Shown piece by piece: positions 28,501-39,573 of a DNA stretch of 64,000 bases; the stretch's first letter is position 1; each line of letters begins with the position of its first letter. Both the position numbers and the translations under genes were made by a program. Origin of the DNA: Balanoglossus misakiensis (lineage: Eukaryota > Animalia > Hemichordata); contig CM082595.2 of NCBI GenBank assembly GCA_040954595.2, forward strand, positions 9,005,510 through 9,069,509, given 5' to 3'. The notes below the pieces were generated by a model. That model worked only from the letters and a program-made list of their open reading frames with translations. It did no database searches and was not told the origin of the DNA.

Positions 28501-31500
28501 ATTTTCACCCATGTTTTTTTTAAAAAATCGACGAACCTATGATTTTTTTCAAAATCGACGACATTTTGTGATTTTACAAAGTCGAAAATTTTGTCATTTT
28601 TTGATGATTTTCAACCATGATTTTTTTTCAAAAATCGACGAAAATTTGAGATTTTGCAAAGACGAAAATTTGTCATTTTTGATGATTTTTACCCATGATT
28701 TTTTTTCAAAAATGGACGAAATTTTGAGATTTTGCAAAGACGAAAATTTGTCATTTTTTGATGATTTTCACCCATGATTTTTTTTCAAAAATCGACGAAA
28801 TTTTGAGATTTTGCAGAGAGGAAAATTTGTCATTTTTTCATGATTTTCCCCCATGATTTTTTTCAAAAATCGACGAAATTTTGAGATTTTGCAAAGTCGA
28901 AAATTTGTCATTTTTTGATGATTTTCACCCATGATTTTTTCAAAAATTGACGAAATGTTGAGATTTTGCAAAGTCGAAAATTTGTCATTTTTTGATGATT
29001 TTCACCCATGATTTTTTTCAAAAATGGACGAAATTTTGAGATTTTGCAAAGACGAAAATTTGTCATTTTTTGATGATTTTCACCCATGATTTTTTTTCAA
29101 AAATCGACGAAATTTTGAGATTTTGCAAAGAGGAAAATTTGTCATTTTTTCATGATTTTCCCCCATGATTTTTTTCAAAAATCGACGAAATTTTGAGATT
29201 TTGCAAAGTCGAAAATTTTGTCATTTTTTGATGATTTTCAACCATGATTTTTTTTCAAAAATCGACGAAAATTTGAGATTTTGCAAAGTCGAAAATGTGT
29301 CATTTTTTGATGATTTTCACCCGTTTTTTTTTCAAAATTTGTCATTTTTTGATGATTTTTACCCATGATTTTTTTCAAAAATGGACGAAATTTTGAGATT
29401 TTGCAAAGTCGAAAATTTGTTATTTTTTGATGATTTTCACCCATGTCTTTTTTTAAAAATCGACGAAATTTTGAGATTTTGCAAAGAGGAAAATTTGTCA
29501 TTTTTTTCATGATTTTCCCCCATGATTTTTTTCAAAAATCGACGAAATTTTGAGATTTTGCAAAGTCGAAAATTTGTCATTTTTTGATGATTTTCACCCA
29601 TGATTTTTTTTCAGAAATGGACGAAATTTTGAGATTTTGCAAAGACGAAAATGTGTCATTTTTTGATGATTTTCACCCGTTTTTTTTCAAAATTTGTCAT
29701 TTTTTGATGATTTTTACCCATGATTTTTTTTCAAAAATGGACGAAATTTTGAGATTTTGCAAAGTCGAAAATTTGTTATTTTTTGATGATTTTCACCCAT
29801 GTCTTTTTTTAAAAATCGACGAAATTTTGAGATTTTGCAAAGAGGAAAATTTGTCATTTTTTTCATGATTTTCCCCCATGATTTTTTTCAAAAATCGACG
29901 AAATTTTGAGATTTTGCAAAGTCGAAAATTTGTCATTTTTTGATGATTTTCACCCATGTCTTTTTTCAAAAATCGAAAAAATTTTGAGATTTTGCAAAGT
30001 CGAAAATTTGTCATTTTTTGATGATTTTCACCCATGATTTTCTTCAAAAATCGACGAAATTTTGAGATTTTGCAAAGTCGAAAATTTGTCATTTTTTGAT
30101 GATTTTCACCTATGATTTTTTTCAAAAATCAACAAAATTTTGAGATTTTGCAAAGTCGAAAATTTGTCATTTTTTTGATGATTTTCACCCATGATTTTTT
30201 TCAAAAATCGACGAAATTTTGAGATTTTGCAAAGTCGAAAATTTGTCATTTTTTGATGATTTTCACCCATGATTTTTTTCAAAATTGACGAAATTTTGAG
30301 ATTTTGCAAAGTCGAAAATTTCTCATTTTTTGATGCATTTTCACCCATGATTTTTTTTCAAAAATCGACGAAATTTTGAGATTTTGCAAAGTCGAAAACA
30401 AGCATCGTCCGATTCGAATTCGACTCGTCATCGGTAGCTTTGTTTATTTCGCCCTTGGAGACCTCCCCTGGCCTCGTTAGGATGACTGTTACCAGGACTA
30501 CCTTAAACCAATCTTTTCGAACCGGACGGTACACACGTCATGTCTTTGTTAATTGTCCAGGTACCAGAGTGTACGTGTGGGCTCCCTAAACCACTCATTG
30601 GCGGCCGGTCCCTGTCCGAATAAACACGTTTGACAGACAAAAAATGATGAACAAGTGGCTTATTTCAATACTTCGTTAACTAGACGGCTGAACTCTGAAT
30701 GTTGATTCAGCAAAAAAAATGTGTTTACGGCAAGGTTTCGATCAATACGACACATTTACCATTGAAAACGCCCAAAGTAAGTGGGGGCGTTTGACCATCA
30801 ATCAAAACCAAGCCCAGGTGCATGTGAACGGCCGAAGCAGTGTAACGTTTCACATTCCGTGCAACGTCCGACACTGTGTGAAAGCGGTTGCTGTCGGGTG
30901 GCTTGACCTAATTTTCGTACATTGATATGCATTTGACACCTCACTACCTGTTTTCTCAATATTGCTAAAACTTTGCGTTGAAATATCACTGAAATGTTGA
31001 TGATCCACGCACAAGTCGTCTACCCCGGCATGAAAAGCGTCTTATACAAGAAAACTAATTGCACATGACCACCAAGGTCATACCGCAAGGTGTGTCTAAA
31101 TGTCAAGGAAGGACACTTGGGTCAAGAACGACCATGACGGAGGAAAAACCGACAAGTCATTGTGTAACCTGTTTACTTGCCAATAGTCAAACGTCAAAAT
31201 TTACTCTCAACTTGGTTGCAGATCGAGTCTCCCGAATTTCCAACTTTTATGATTGGGTAAATACCGATATGCGACTGGTATGCGACGCGTTGACGACGCG
31301 AAGATTTTGTTGAAATCAAATGGTTTGTCAAATGTCATCTCACACTGGAGATACCGTGGTCATCTGACATGAAAGGGTTCGATTGGGTCTGACCGCCGTC
31401 GTTCATCCATGCTTAGAAAGCGGCGATCATGGTACAAAGTAAAACCAAGGTCAAACCTTACTGAACACATGTATTGCATGGAGAAACTTTTCTACCTGTC

Positions 31501-31914
31501 TGTGTACTGAACACGTACCGTGATTGCCATAGTTACAAACGTTACCACGTGAGAGAGATTGCATTTTACATCTGTCTTTTCAATTTTGTTGCTTTCTTAC
31601 TATTCGGAATGATGGAGTCGAAACGAAAACTTTTTGCTTCAGGTGGACCTAGGGGAAATACCTTATTTGTGACTTTTTTCATGACCCTAAAAAGACGTCG
31701 GAATTAATGTGGCTGAGGTCACTCAGGACGACGGAATGGTTGAGCGATTTTATTTTATGAGCTCCCACTAGTATTTGTTTTATTGTTTCGGCAGTGTGTC
31801 GCGTTATTCGAGCAATCTGCAGTCTGAAAACGAACGGTTTTCAAAGTTTATAACAGTTTAAGCATGAAAGGTCCTGTTGTCTCCCTCGCTGTGTTTGTGT
31901 CACTGTGTCTTTGA

Positions 31915-32115
31915 CGTCTGACTGACTGATTAACTGGCTGACTGACTTACTGACTGTCTGTCAACGTCGGTCTGTCTGACTGTCTGCCCCCTCTCTCTGA
32001 GAGAGAGAGTGAGCGAGCGAGCGAGCGAGCGACCGGTGAGTGTCTCTACTGATGAATGTTGCTCTGTCTGTCTGCTTGTGTCTGTCTGCCACTCTGCCTG
32101 TTTCACTCTGTCTCT
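31915..32115. repeat. Compound microsatellite: (ctga/ctgt)n, (ct)n(ga)n, (gagc)n
   Basis: ctgactgact..., ctctctctgagagagagag, gagcgagcgagcgagcgagc and tgtctgtctg tracts are directly visible. Confidence 0.85.
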
Positions 32116-32897
32116 CCTAATTTCTTTAAAATTAGGGATATGCTATTAATGCGATATGAAAGTCAGACACGACGGAAACCTTTTATTCTCAAAACTGTCT
32201 GTTGTTTGCTGTTAAATATTGCAAAAGGTTAAGGGCCCTTTTCGCACGAGACACATGGCTTTGCAGCCGTAGCTCCCAATGTCATAACGATTACCCGAAC
32301 TACCCTAATTTTAGCCCGCCGACCCAAAACAGTTTAGATCTTCGCAAACCGGAAGTAAAAATAACGATGTCAAATATAAAACAATTCATGAAAATTGCGA
32401 GAATCACGCAAGAACTATGATGTCATTCTTCTACACTACGACGGCCAAAGATATAAAAAAAATTGAAAAATAAAAAAATGTCCCTTTCTACCTACAATAT
32501 TTTTGAAAACCATGTAATCGGAATAGCACATATTAGTTTTTTTGGCCTGAGACATATCCAATTTCCCAACTGAACATGACACGTGATCAAGCATTTTCGA
32601 CTTATCAGATGCAATCGCTGAACACCTCACACTGAGCGAGGTTTTGTCTGTCTTTATACGCGCCCTTTGTATTTGTGCGTGACATGTCCAAGCCTTGTTA
32701 GGAACTCCCGTAAAATTCTACTCAAATGATGTATACTTTCATACTTACGACTGACAGGTATTTTCAGCGTTGCCAGCTGATTGTTTGTCAGGTACCGCTT
32801 TATAACAAGACGCCCCTCTGAGTTGATAACCTGCAATGTAACATCATTCAATTGGTCTAGTCATGTTAGCATTAGTAAAATGCTTCAAAAGTGTTAA

Positions 32898-33188
32898 AGG
32901 GACATGATACAAGACACCGTTTATGTTAGTGAATGAACGTTCAACCACACACAACTTCCATCCGGCTTGTATGATACGAGAGTAAAAACTCGCCCGAAAT
33001 GAATAAATGGTAGAGACCGTTTATTCATTTTGGCTACTTTTTAAAACTCTCGTGTCTATACAAGCGGGGTGGAAGGTGTGTATGGTTGAACGTTGGTTCA
33101 CTATATCCATATGTAGAATAATATAAACGCAGTCTTGTATCAAACATAATTAATGGAAAAAGGGCAGCGAGAGAGAGACTTTGTCCCT
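32898..33188. mobile_element. Kolobok/T2-type foldback MITE (family 'AGGGACAAAG'), internally deleted copy
   Basis: TTAA|agggaca ... ctttgtccct|TTAA. The arms are inverted copies of each other and match the 48756-49102 copy. TTAA target plus AGG termini is the Kolobok/T2-MITE signature. Confidence 0.8.
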
Positions 33189-33479
33189 TTAATGAATACA
33201 GCCACAATGTTCTGTTTATATCTACTGACGGACCAGGCATGGATTGTCACGTATAATTCTTTGAAACGTTTGGTCCTCTGAAGAAATCTGAGCACTCATC
33301 TACTCAGTTTGCTTATTTTGTCTTCCTCCACCAGTCAGTGGTATCGTCCGATTTGATACTCCACTCTAAGCCTCTTTCTGAATGGCTCTTTAAGTTGTGA
33401 TCTGTAAGTCTTAAACCTTTCATCATCCCCCCCCCCCCCGTTTCCTCTTTAGAGGTCGTCAACTGGTAAACTGTGCGCC

Positions 33480-33822
33480 TGTGTCTCTTCCCATAGGAGT
33501 ACATGGAGAATAGTTAGAAAACTCACTTCTACTATTGTCATTTTCATGAAATTTTACACATAGCTCCGACAAATCAAAATAAATTCATCACGCTCTATTT
33601 TGAGATAAACTTTGTTCAATATTGTATCCATAGACAAACCATTGGTAGAAAATGCTGACCGTTAGCAGTTTTCTTCAATTGTCGACTAAATTCACGGCCT
33701 TGTTTAAAGTCGAAAACAAGTGCAGTGACCCAAAATGGATTTTCATTATACATACAAATCAGAAACGAAAATTCACGATTAAAAGAAATGACAATGCTTT
33801 CAATTTTACTGATCGTACATCC
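33480..33822. mobile_element. Partial TTAA-terminated non-autonomous DNA transposon (Kolobok-like)
   Basis: 33491-33658 (cccatagga...ctactattgt...ttttgagataaact...aaaatgctga) is homologous to 42605-42815 and, inverted, to 43258-43420. It ends gtacatcc|TTAA, like 43502. Confidence 0.5.
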
Positions 33823-33826
33823 TTAA

Positions 33827-34146
33827 CTCGCTGCCCTTTTCCATGTTTGATACAAAACACCGTTTATATTAATGTAAATGTGGATATATAGTGATGCAAC
33901 GTTCAACCGCACACACCTTCTATCCCGCATGTAGACACGAGAGCGAAAACTCGCAAAACTGAAAAATCGGTCTCTACCATTAATTCATTTTGGGCGAGTT
34001 TTTACTCTCATATCATACAAGCAGGATGGAAGTTGTGTGTGGTTGAACGTTCATTCACTACATATACACATGCCCATTAATATAAACGGTGTCTTGTATC
34101 AAACATAATTAATAGAAAAGGGCGACGAGAGAGAGAGTTTGTCCCT
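33827..34146. mobile_element. Kolobok/T2-type foldback MITE, left terminus truncated
   Basis: Begins TTAA|ctcgctgccctttt (outer ~17 bp of the TIR missing), has a palindromic body matching 48756-49102, and ends tttgtccct|TTAA at 34147-34150. Confidence 0.8.
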
Positions 34147-35479
34147 TTAAGGCGACATGATGCATGAAGTGGCGAGAGATAAACGCGGCTGACCACCGCA
34201 TTAAACACTGTCAAGCAAGGCACTTCAAATGCCAATTGTTTAAGTGTGTACTAAGTAATAGGTTCATGTACCATGGGGGGGGGGGGGTCAAATCACAACA
34301 GTTGGACATGTACGAATATGAAGAGACGATATCAGTTTGTTCATGTCTTCCTTTAGTAAAAAATCTTTTTTGAACTTTGTATAGAATTCATTGAACTTTA
34401 CTTTAGCTTATGAACTCTCATTTGCACATCGTCATCTTGAAATTGTGTCGACTTTATCATAAGGTTTTTATAACTCAACTAGGTCGCAAAACCTATTTAA
34501 GTTAGTGAGAATAGGACGTTCACCTTTTGGGTTGATGGCTACAGCCGTTAATCCTGACTCATACACATGTTGCAGCCAGTATACTCTGCAGACATTGGAC
34601 ACAATAGTTTTACGAACCATTAAATTTTATTGGACCATCAAGTTTATTGACCCATGACGTTCATATAGATTTTATGACACGACTGACGCTATAATCGGTC
34701 CTTACCTTTGGCGAGCCAAGTGTTTTATAACATCATAAGATATTAATACCTATCACCCAGTCAAACGATTTCAAGTTATAAAATTTCCACGCCAATAGGA
34801 CGCCTTTAGGTGGAAATGCAACCAGGTATCCTAAATAGGAAAATATTCCGGGTATCTGTCAAGTTTAGTCCCATATTTAGGGGGCCAAGAGCCCTCAGGC
34901 GCTTGGTCCCCTTCTGTTATTGCTGGAGTTTGTCTTCTTTCTTCTTGAGTCGTTTTTTTGCGCCCGTTTTTCTCTGAAATTCCGGCAGGTGCGCCTCCAA
35001 ATTTGGCACGGTGGTTGGGGCCCATGAGTACTGGTGCACCTGCCCTTTGAATTTGTAATTAGTCACGTGACTTTGTGGCTATAATCGAGCGAAATTTTCA
35101 AATTGACCTAATTTGCACGTTAATGGGGGCATGTACATTCTTTTCGCGATTTTTGTAGACCATGTGGCCAAAATCCCCTGTGCCAAATTTCAAGGTCCTA
35201 GGCCACGTCGATTTTGAGAAGAAGATTTTTGTAATATTTTTTCGCATTTTTTGGTGGGCTGAGGACGGACACTGGGGCATCGGACTTTGACCGTCATTAC
35301 GTAATGTTGTGGAGATCTCATTAGCAGGCTACTCACTTCTGGCGGGTTGCAGTAGTCCTTGGAAAATCGGCTGAAATACGTAAACAGACCAGTGATTATT
35401 TTCCACGGAATGAATTTTGGGACAACACATTATCGGAGTTCAGGCTGTGTTAGGGCGTTTTATTGAATTACGCTGAGTT

Positions 35480-38015
35480 TGGATTGACCACTGTGTTACC
35501 ACTAAAATTTTTTATAGCAATGTTCTTTCAATTTCGAGTCTTTGCAATGTTGTTGACTCCGACCATATTCCTGTTTCAATAGAGGTTCATTTCAACACTT
35601 CTGCTGATGAATGTTTCAGCAGTAGTTCCTTCAAGCAATGTAATTTTCGAGTTGATTGGAAAAAATTGTCACAGCAGAATATATCCGCCTACACCCGTTG
35701 TACCAAAGCCAAGGTTGATAAGATTAATATATCCGAAGAGTTATTCTGCACTAATGTGAACTGTACATACCCTTCGCATTTACAGGCAATTGATACTTGT
35801 TATAGTAGTGTTGTGGACGCATTGAATTGTGCTGCAAAAGATACCATTAGGCGTAAGTTTCACCAGAAAGTTCATGTTGTGCCTGGCTGGAACGATTTTG
35901 TAAAAGAAAGTCACGACTATGCCCGTTCCATGTTTTTATTATGGGTTAATGGGGGTAAACCTTAACAAGGCCCGCTTTTTGAAACCATGAAATCTTCCAG
36001 AGCTCGTTTTAAGTATGCTTTACGTGCTTGTAAAAAGATTGAGAATCAAAATAGGGCTGACAAGATGGCTGACAATTTACGCTGCCACAAACAGAACGAC
36101 TTCTGGAAGGAAGTCAGAAAGCAAACTAGCAGAAAAATGCCGCTTTCTGACACTGTAGGTGGAGCGACTGGTGAGAGTGAAATTGCAATTATGTGGCACA
36201 AGCATTTCAGTGATATTTTGAATTCTGTCCAGGCTCAGACTGGTAAAAATGACATCGAGGAGAAAATGAAGTATGTTAAATTTTCTTCTGATATGTATGT
36301 TTCTGAAGAAGAAGTAATTTCTGCTATACATAAGTTACCTGACGATAAGACAGCTGGCATTGACAATATTTCAGCTGAGCACCTCAAATTCTCAGACTCC
36401 TCTATTTTACCCATTTTGACTTGATTGTTCATGGTTACCTGCAAACTGAGGCTATCAAAGTTATTTTAGTTCCAATTAAGGATAAAACTAAGCTTTGTAG
36501 TGATGCCAGTAACTACCGGCCGATAGCACTAGCAACTGTTTTCTCTAAAGTTTTTGAGCCTATTTTACTTTCTCGTTGTGAGGAGTTTCTTACCTCTCAT
36601 TATTTACAATTTGGTTTCAAGCGAGAACATTCAACTGACCTGTGTTTATTTGCATTTAAAGAAATCATTAGCTACTACACCAGCAATGGAAGACCAGTGT
36701 TTACTTGTTTTCTGGATGCTTCAAAAGCTTTTGACAGAGTTAATCACTTTAAACTGGTTAACAAGCTCATCGACAGGAATGTTCCCTTGTATGCTGTACG
36801 AATTTTATATTAAAGGTCACATGCCATGCCCTATACAACCACGCGTAAAATCACTATTTGGGTCTTGAAGTTAACGTATGTTACTATCTTGCAATGCGTT
36901 TTGCCCCTTGTGCTTAGATAACAAGCAAGTAAAAGTGGCGGGTGGGCGTGTACCCCTAACCCAACTCAGTCGATTTTTTTTGGCTTTTCGAAGTTAAGCC
37001 GAAGACTTATCTTGATGTGGACAAATAGTCTTTCACACCTTTGTAAATCCTCTGCCTGCAATGTGAGGCAAGGGCTTCCTTTGCTTTGAACACTGTTTAT
37101 ATAGCTTATCTTTGTCTGTGGACTTAATTACTCATGGACCGATAATTACACTTTACTGTAAACAGAATGGTACACTACGACATAGTGTACTTGTTTGTCC
37201 ATATGCAAATACCTTCGCCTGGCTCGAGTGCGAAGTGGCTCCCCGATCACAGGCATGAAAAAAGGTGGCAAATTCCGGCATTCGTGCACATTTTTCGGAA
37301 CCGACACAATAGGCAATGCATAGACAGGTACCCTAGGTGAGCTTTTGACGTGGAAAAATGAAAACTTTCCAAAGCATGACATGTGACCTTTAATGGTACA
37401 GAAATCAATTGTTTACTGTGTTGTGGGGTAATGAAACCTCAGAGTAGTTTTCTGTTTCTAACGGTGTAAGACAAGGGGGAGTACTCTCTCCCTATCTTTT
37501 TAATGTCTACATTGATGATCTTATCAATGCACTCTGTAAAGCCAAAGTTGGCTGTACCATGTGTGGTGTCAGCGCTAACACTTTAGGTTACGCTGACGAC
37601 ATGACTCTACTCAGTCCAAGTATTAAGGGTCTACACCGTCTTCTTAGAATTTGTGAAATTTATGGCAAGGATTATGATATAATTTATAATTCTAGTAAAA
37701 CTGTGTGCATGCTTTTTAATGGGAAGAATATGAGCGTTCAAAGAATTCCTTCGGTTAAACTTAATGACATCACTTTAAAGTTTGTACCTGTACACACCTA
37801 TCTGGGCCATGTTATATCTTGTGAGGGTTGTGATAATGAAGATATTGAACGACAGAGAAGAGCATTTTGTGTTAGAGCAAACATGCTATTGAGACATTTT
37901 CAACATTTTAGTCAAGATGTGAAGAAAGTTTTATTTTTGGCATATTGTAGTAATATTTACTGTTGCAGTTTGTGGGCATCCTTTAAAGTAAAACCGATGA
38001 AAAAATTTAAAACAG
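35480..38015 (+). pseudogene. Decayed non-LTR retrotransposon ORF (APE endonuclease C-terminus plus reverse transcriptase); RTE-group-like, clade uncertain
   Basis: WIDHCV...SDHIPV (end of the endonuclease, from 35480), NYRPIAL, LQFGFK, FLDASKAFDRVNH, then after the insertion GVRQGGVLSPYLFNVYIDDL and YADD. In-frame stops at 35963, 36811 and ~37444, a frameshift at ~36420, and truncation at both ends. Confidence 0.92.
36814..37389. mobile_element. Kolobok-type non-autonomous DNA transposon (576 bp) inserted in the RT domain
   Basis: TTAA at 36810-13 and 37390-93; 16-bp TIR aggtcacatgccatgc / gcatgacatgtgacct (1 mismatch). Removing 580 bp rejoins the RT reading frame (RILY*WYRNQ). Confidence 0.9.
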
Positions 38016-38718
38016 TGGACTTTGACCCTAAGTCGCTAATGTTGTGGGAGGTTTCATTAGCATTGTAGTCACATGTAGTGGATAGTAGTTTGGGAAATTG
38101 GCTGAAATACGTCAGCAGACCAGTGATTTTCTTGCACGACAGGAGTATGGTACCAGCAATAATCAGAGATCAGGCTTCGTTGCCGTTCAAAAGTTCCTAC
38201 TTCAGTCGTGATGTTGCAACTGGACGTTCAGTATGGGGGTCGGCCCGCAGGTGGCCGTGTGGGTTATCAGGTCGCCCGTAACGGCACGCAGCTACATGCA
38301 GCTGTATGGGACTAAAATAATACACCCGATTCGGGTGTCACCTGTGACACCTGCATAACTCAATAATTATGTGCATGCGTAATTGTGGGGTCAATGAAAG
38401 GGGTGGTAGCGTGCTATTTGTTGCACATGGATCAATATGAAGTCCGATTTTCCCGTCAAGTTGTGGGCGACCTTATGTGACCTTTCACCTACTTTTGCTT
38501 AGTGAGCATCCACAGCAGATGCATGCAGCTTTGGCTTGGGAGGGGGGGGGGCATATACGGATGGGACCATAATGATATACCAAAGGCGGGGTCGTCTGTT
38601 GCACCTGCCTAAGTCATTGATTTTGTACATTTAATTGGACACTAACCAACAGGGCGATAGGTGTGGTTTTTGTTCCACAGGGACGAATGTAAGTGTCAGT
38701 TGGTTTTTGCCCAAATGT

Positions 38719-39573
38719 CCATTGAGGCCTGTATCCGTGATCTTAAGGACTGGATGACCCAAAACAAGCTTCAACTCAACGACTCTAAAAACTGAGATTC
38801 TACTTATTCGTTCACAATTTCATCACTCTGCTGATGCTATTGACAAGATTACCATTGGTTCAAGCTCTGTTCCCGTCGTTAAATCAGCTCGCAATATTGG
38901 TGTAATATTTGACAATACGCACATGTATAAAGATCACATCAAGAAAACTTGTCAATCAATATATTACCACTTTCGCCGTGTCGGACAAATCAGGAAATTT
39001 CTTAACAAAGCAACTTGTCAAACAGTGATTCATGCTATTTTGGCAGCGAAACTCGACTATGGTAATGCATTACTGTATGGTATACCAGAACGCAGTCTGA
39101 ACCTTCTACAACGCACACAAAATACAGCTGCAAGAATCATAACTCGGTCCAGGAAGTCTGCCCATATAACGCCAGTTCTTCAACTTCTTCATTGGTTACC
39201 AGTTTGCCACAGGATAGAGTATAAAATAAATCTGCTCACATACAAAGCCTTAAATAATCTCGCTCCGAACTATATCCGCGATCTCATTCGGACATATTCT
39301 CCTGGTCGCAGGCTTCGTTCAGCTAATAAGAGCCTTTTATGCACTACAATGTACAAACGTTCTTCATACGGTGGCCGAGCATTCTCTCATGCTGCAACGA
39401 AACTGTGGAACATTCGTCAAGCTCCAAGTTTGAGTATCTTTAAGAAAAGACTGAAGACGCATTATTTCGCAAGAGCATATGGTGTGGGCCAATGAGCACA
39501 AGCGCCTTTGAGTATGACACTTGTTATAGATACTGGCGCTATACAAATTTCTCTGATTGATTGATTGATTGAT
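38719..39573 (+). mobile_element. 5'-truncated L2-clade LINE (C-terminus of ORF2, 3' UTR and tail)
   Basis: IEACIRDLKDWMTQNKLQLNDSK/TE...LDYGNALLYG...LHWLPV.HRIEYKI...LRS...RAFS..A..LWN...FKKRLKT. L2-type 3' end aagcgcctttgag...ggcgctatacaaat followed by a (tgat)5 tail at 39554-39573. Confidence 0.9.

Larger units (their letters stand above)
1..30398. repeat. Satellite array, 78-bp monomer (catgatttttttcaaaaatcgacgaaattttgagattttgcaaagtcgaaaatttgtcattttttgatgattttcacc), roughly 400 copies, continuing beyond the window start
   Basis: Uninterrupted head-to-tail monomers from base 1 to ...gcaaagtcgaaaa at 30398. Recurrent variants are 75/76-bp (gcagtcg), 41/42-bp truncated (cgttttttttcaaaatttgtc...), 79-81-bp and 'gaacctatga' units. 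The ORF track repeats the 26-aa translation MGENHQKMTNFRLCKISKFRRFLKKI. Confidence 0.98.

Noticed and set aside
20-30348. More than 100 short ORFs (MGENHQKMTNFRLCK..., MIFTHDFFSKIDEIL...) as protein-coding genes
   Set aside because: They are translations of the 78-bp satellite on both strands, constantly broken by homopolymer-length and indel variants, with no splice or promoter context.
1-30398. CRISPR-like array
   Set aside because: There are no unique spacers (the entire unit repeats), no cas genes, and the context is eukaryotic.
1-30398. CENP-B box or telomeric repeats in the satellite
   Set aside because: The minus-strand TTCG motifs lack the downstream A..CGGG of the CENP-B box, and no (TTAGGG)n tract occurs in the window.
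30430-31900. ORFs of 63-84 aa just outside the array
   Set aside because: No recognisable domains or splice pattern; lengths are those expected by chance. The region stays unassigned.
35666-38068. Active retrotransposon or functional reverse transcriptase
   Set aside because: Several stops, a frameshift, a 576-bp insertion and truncation at both ends.
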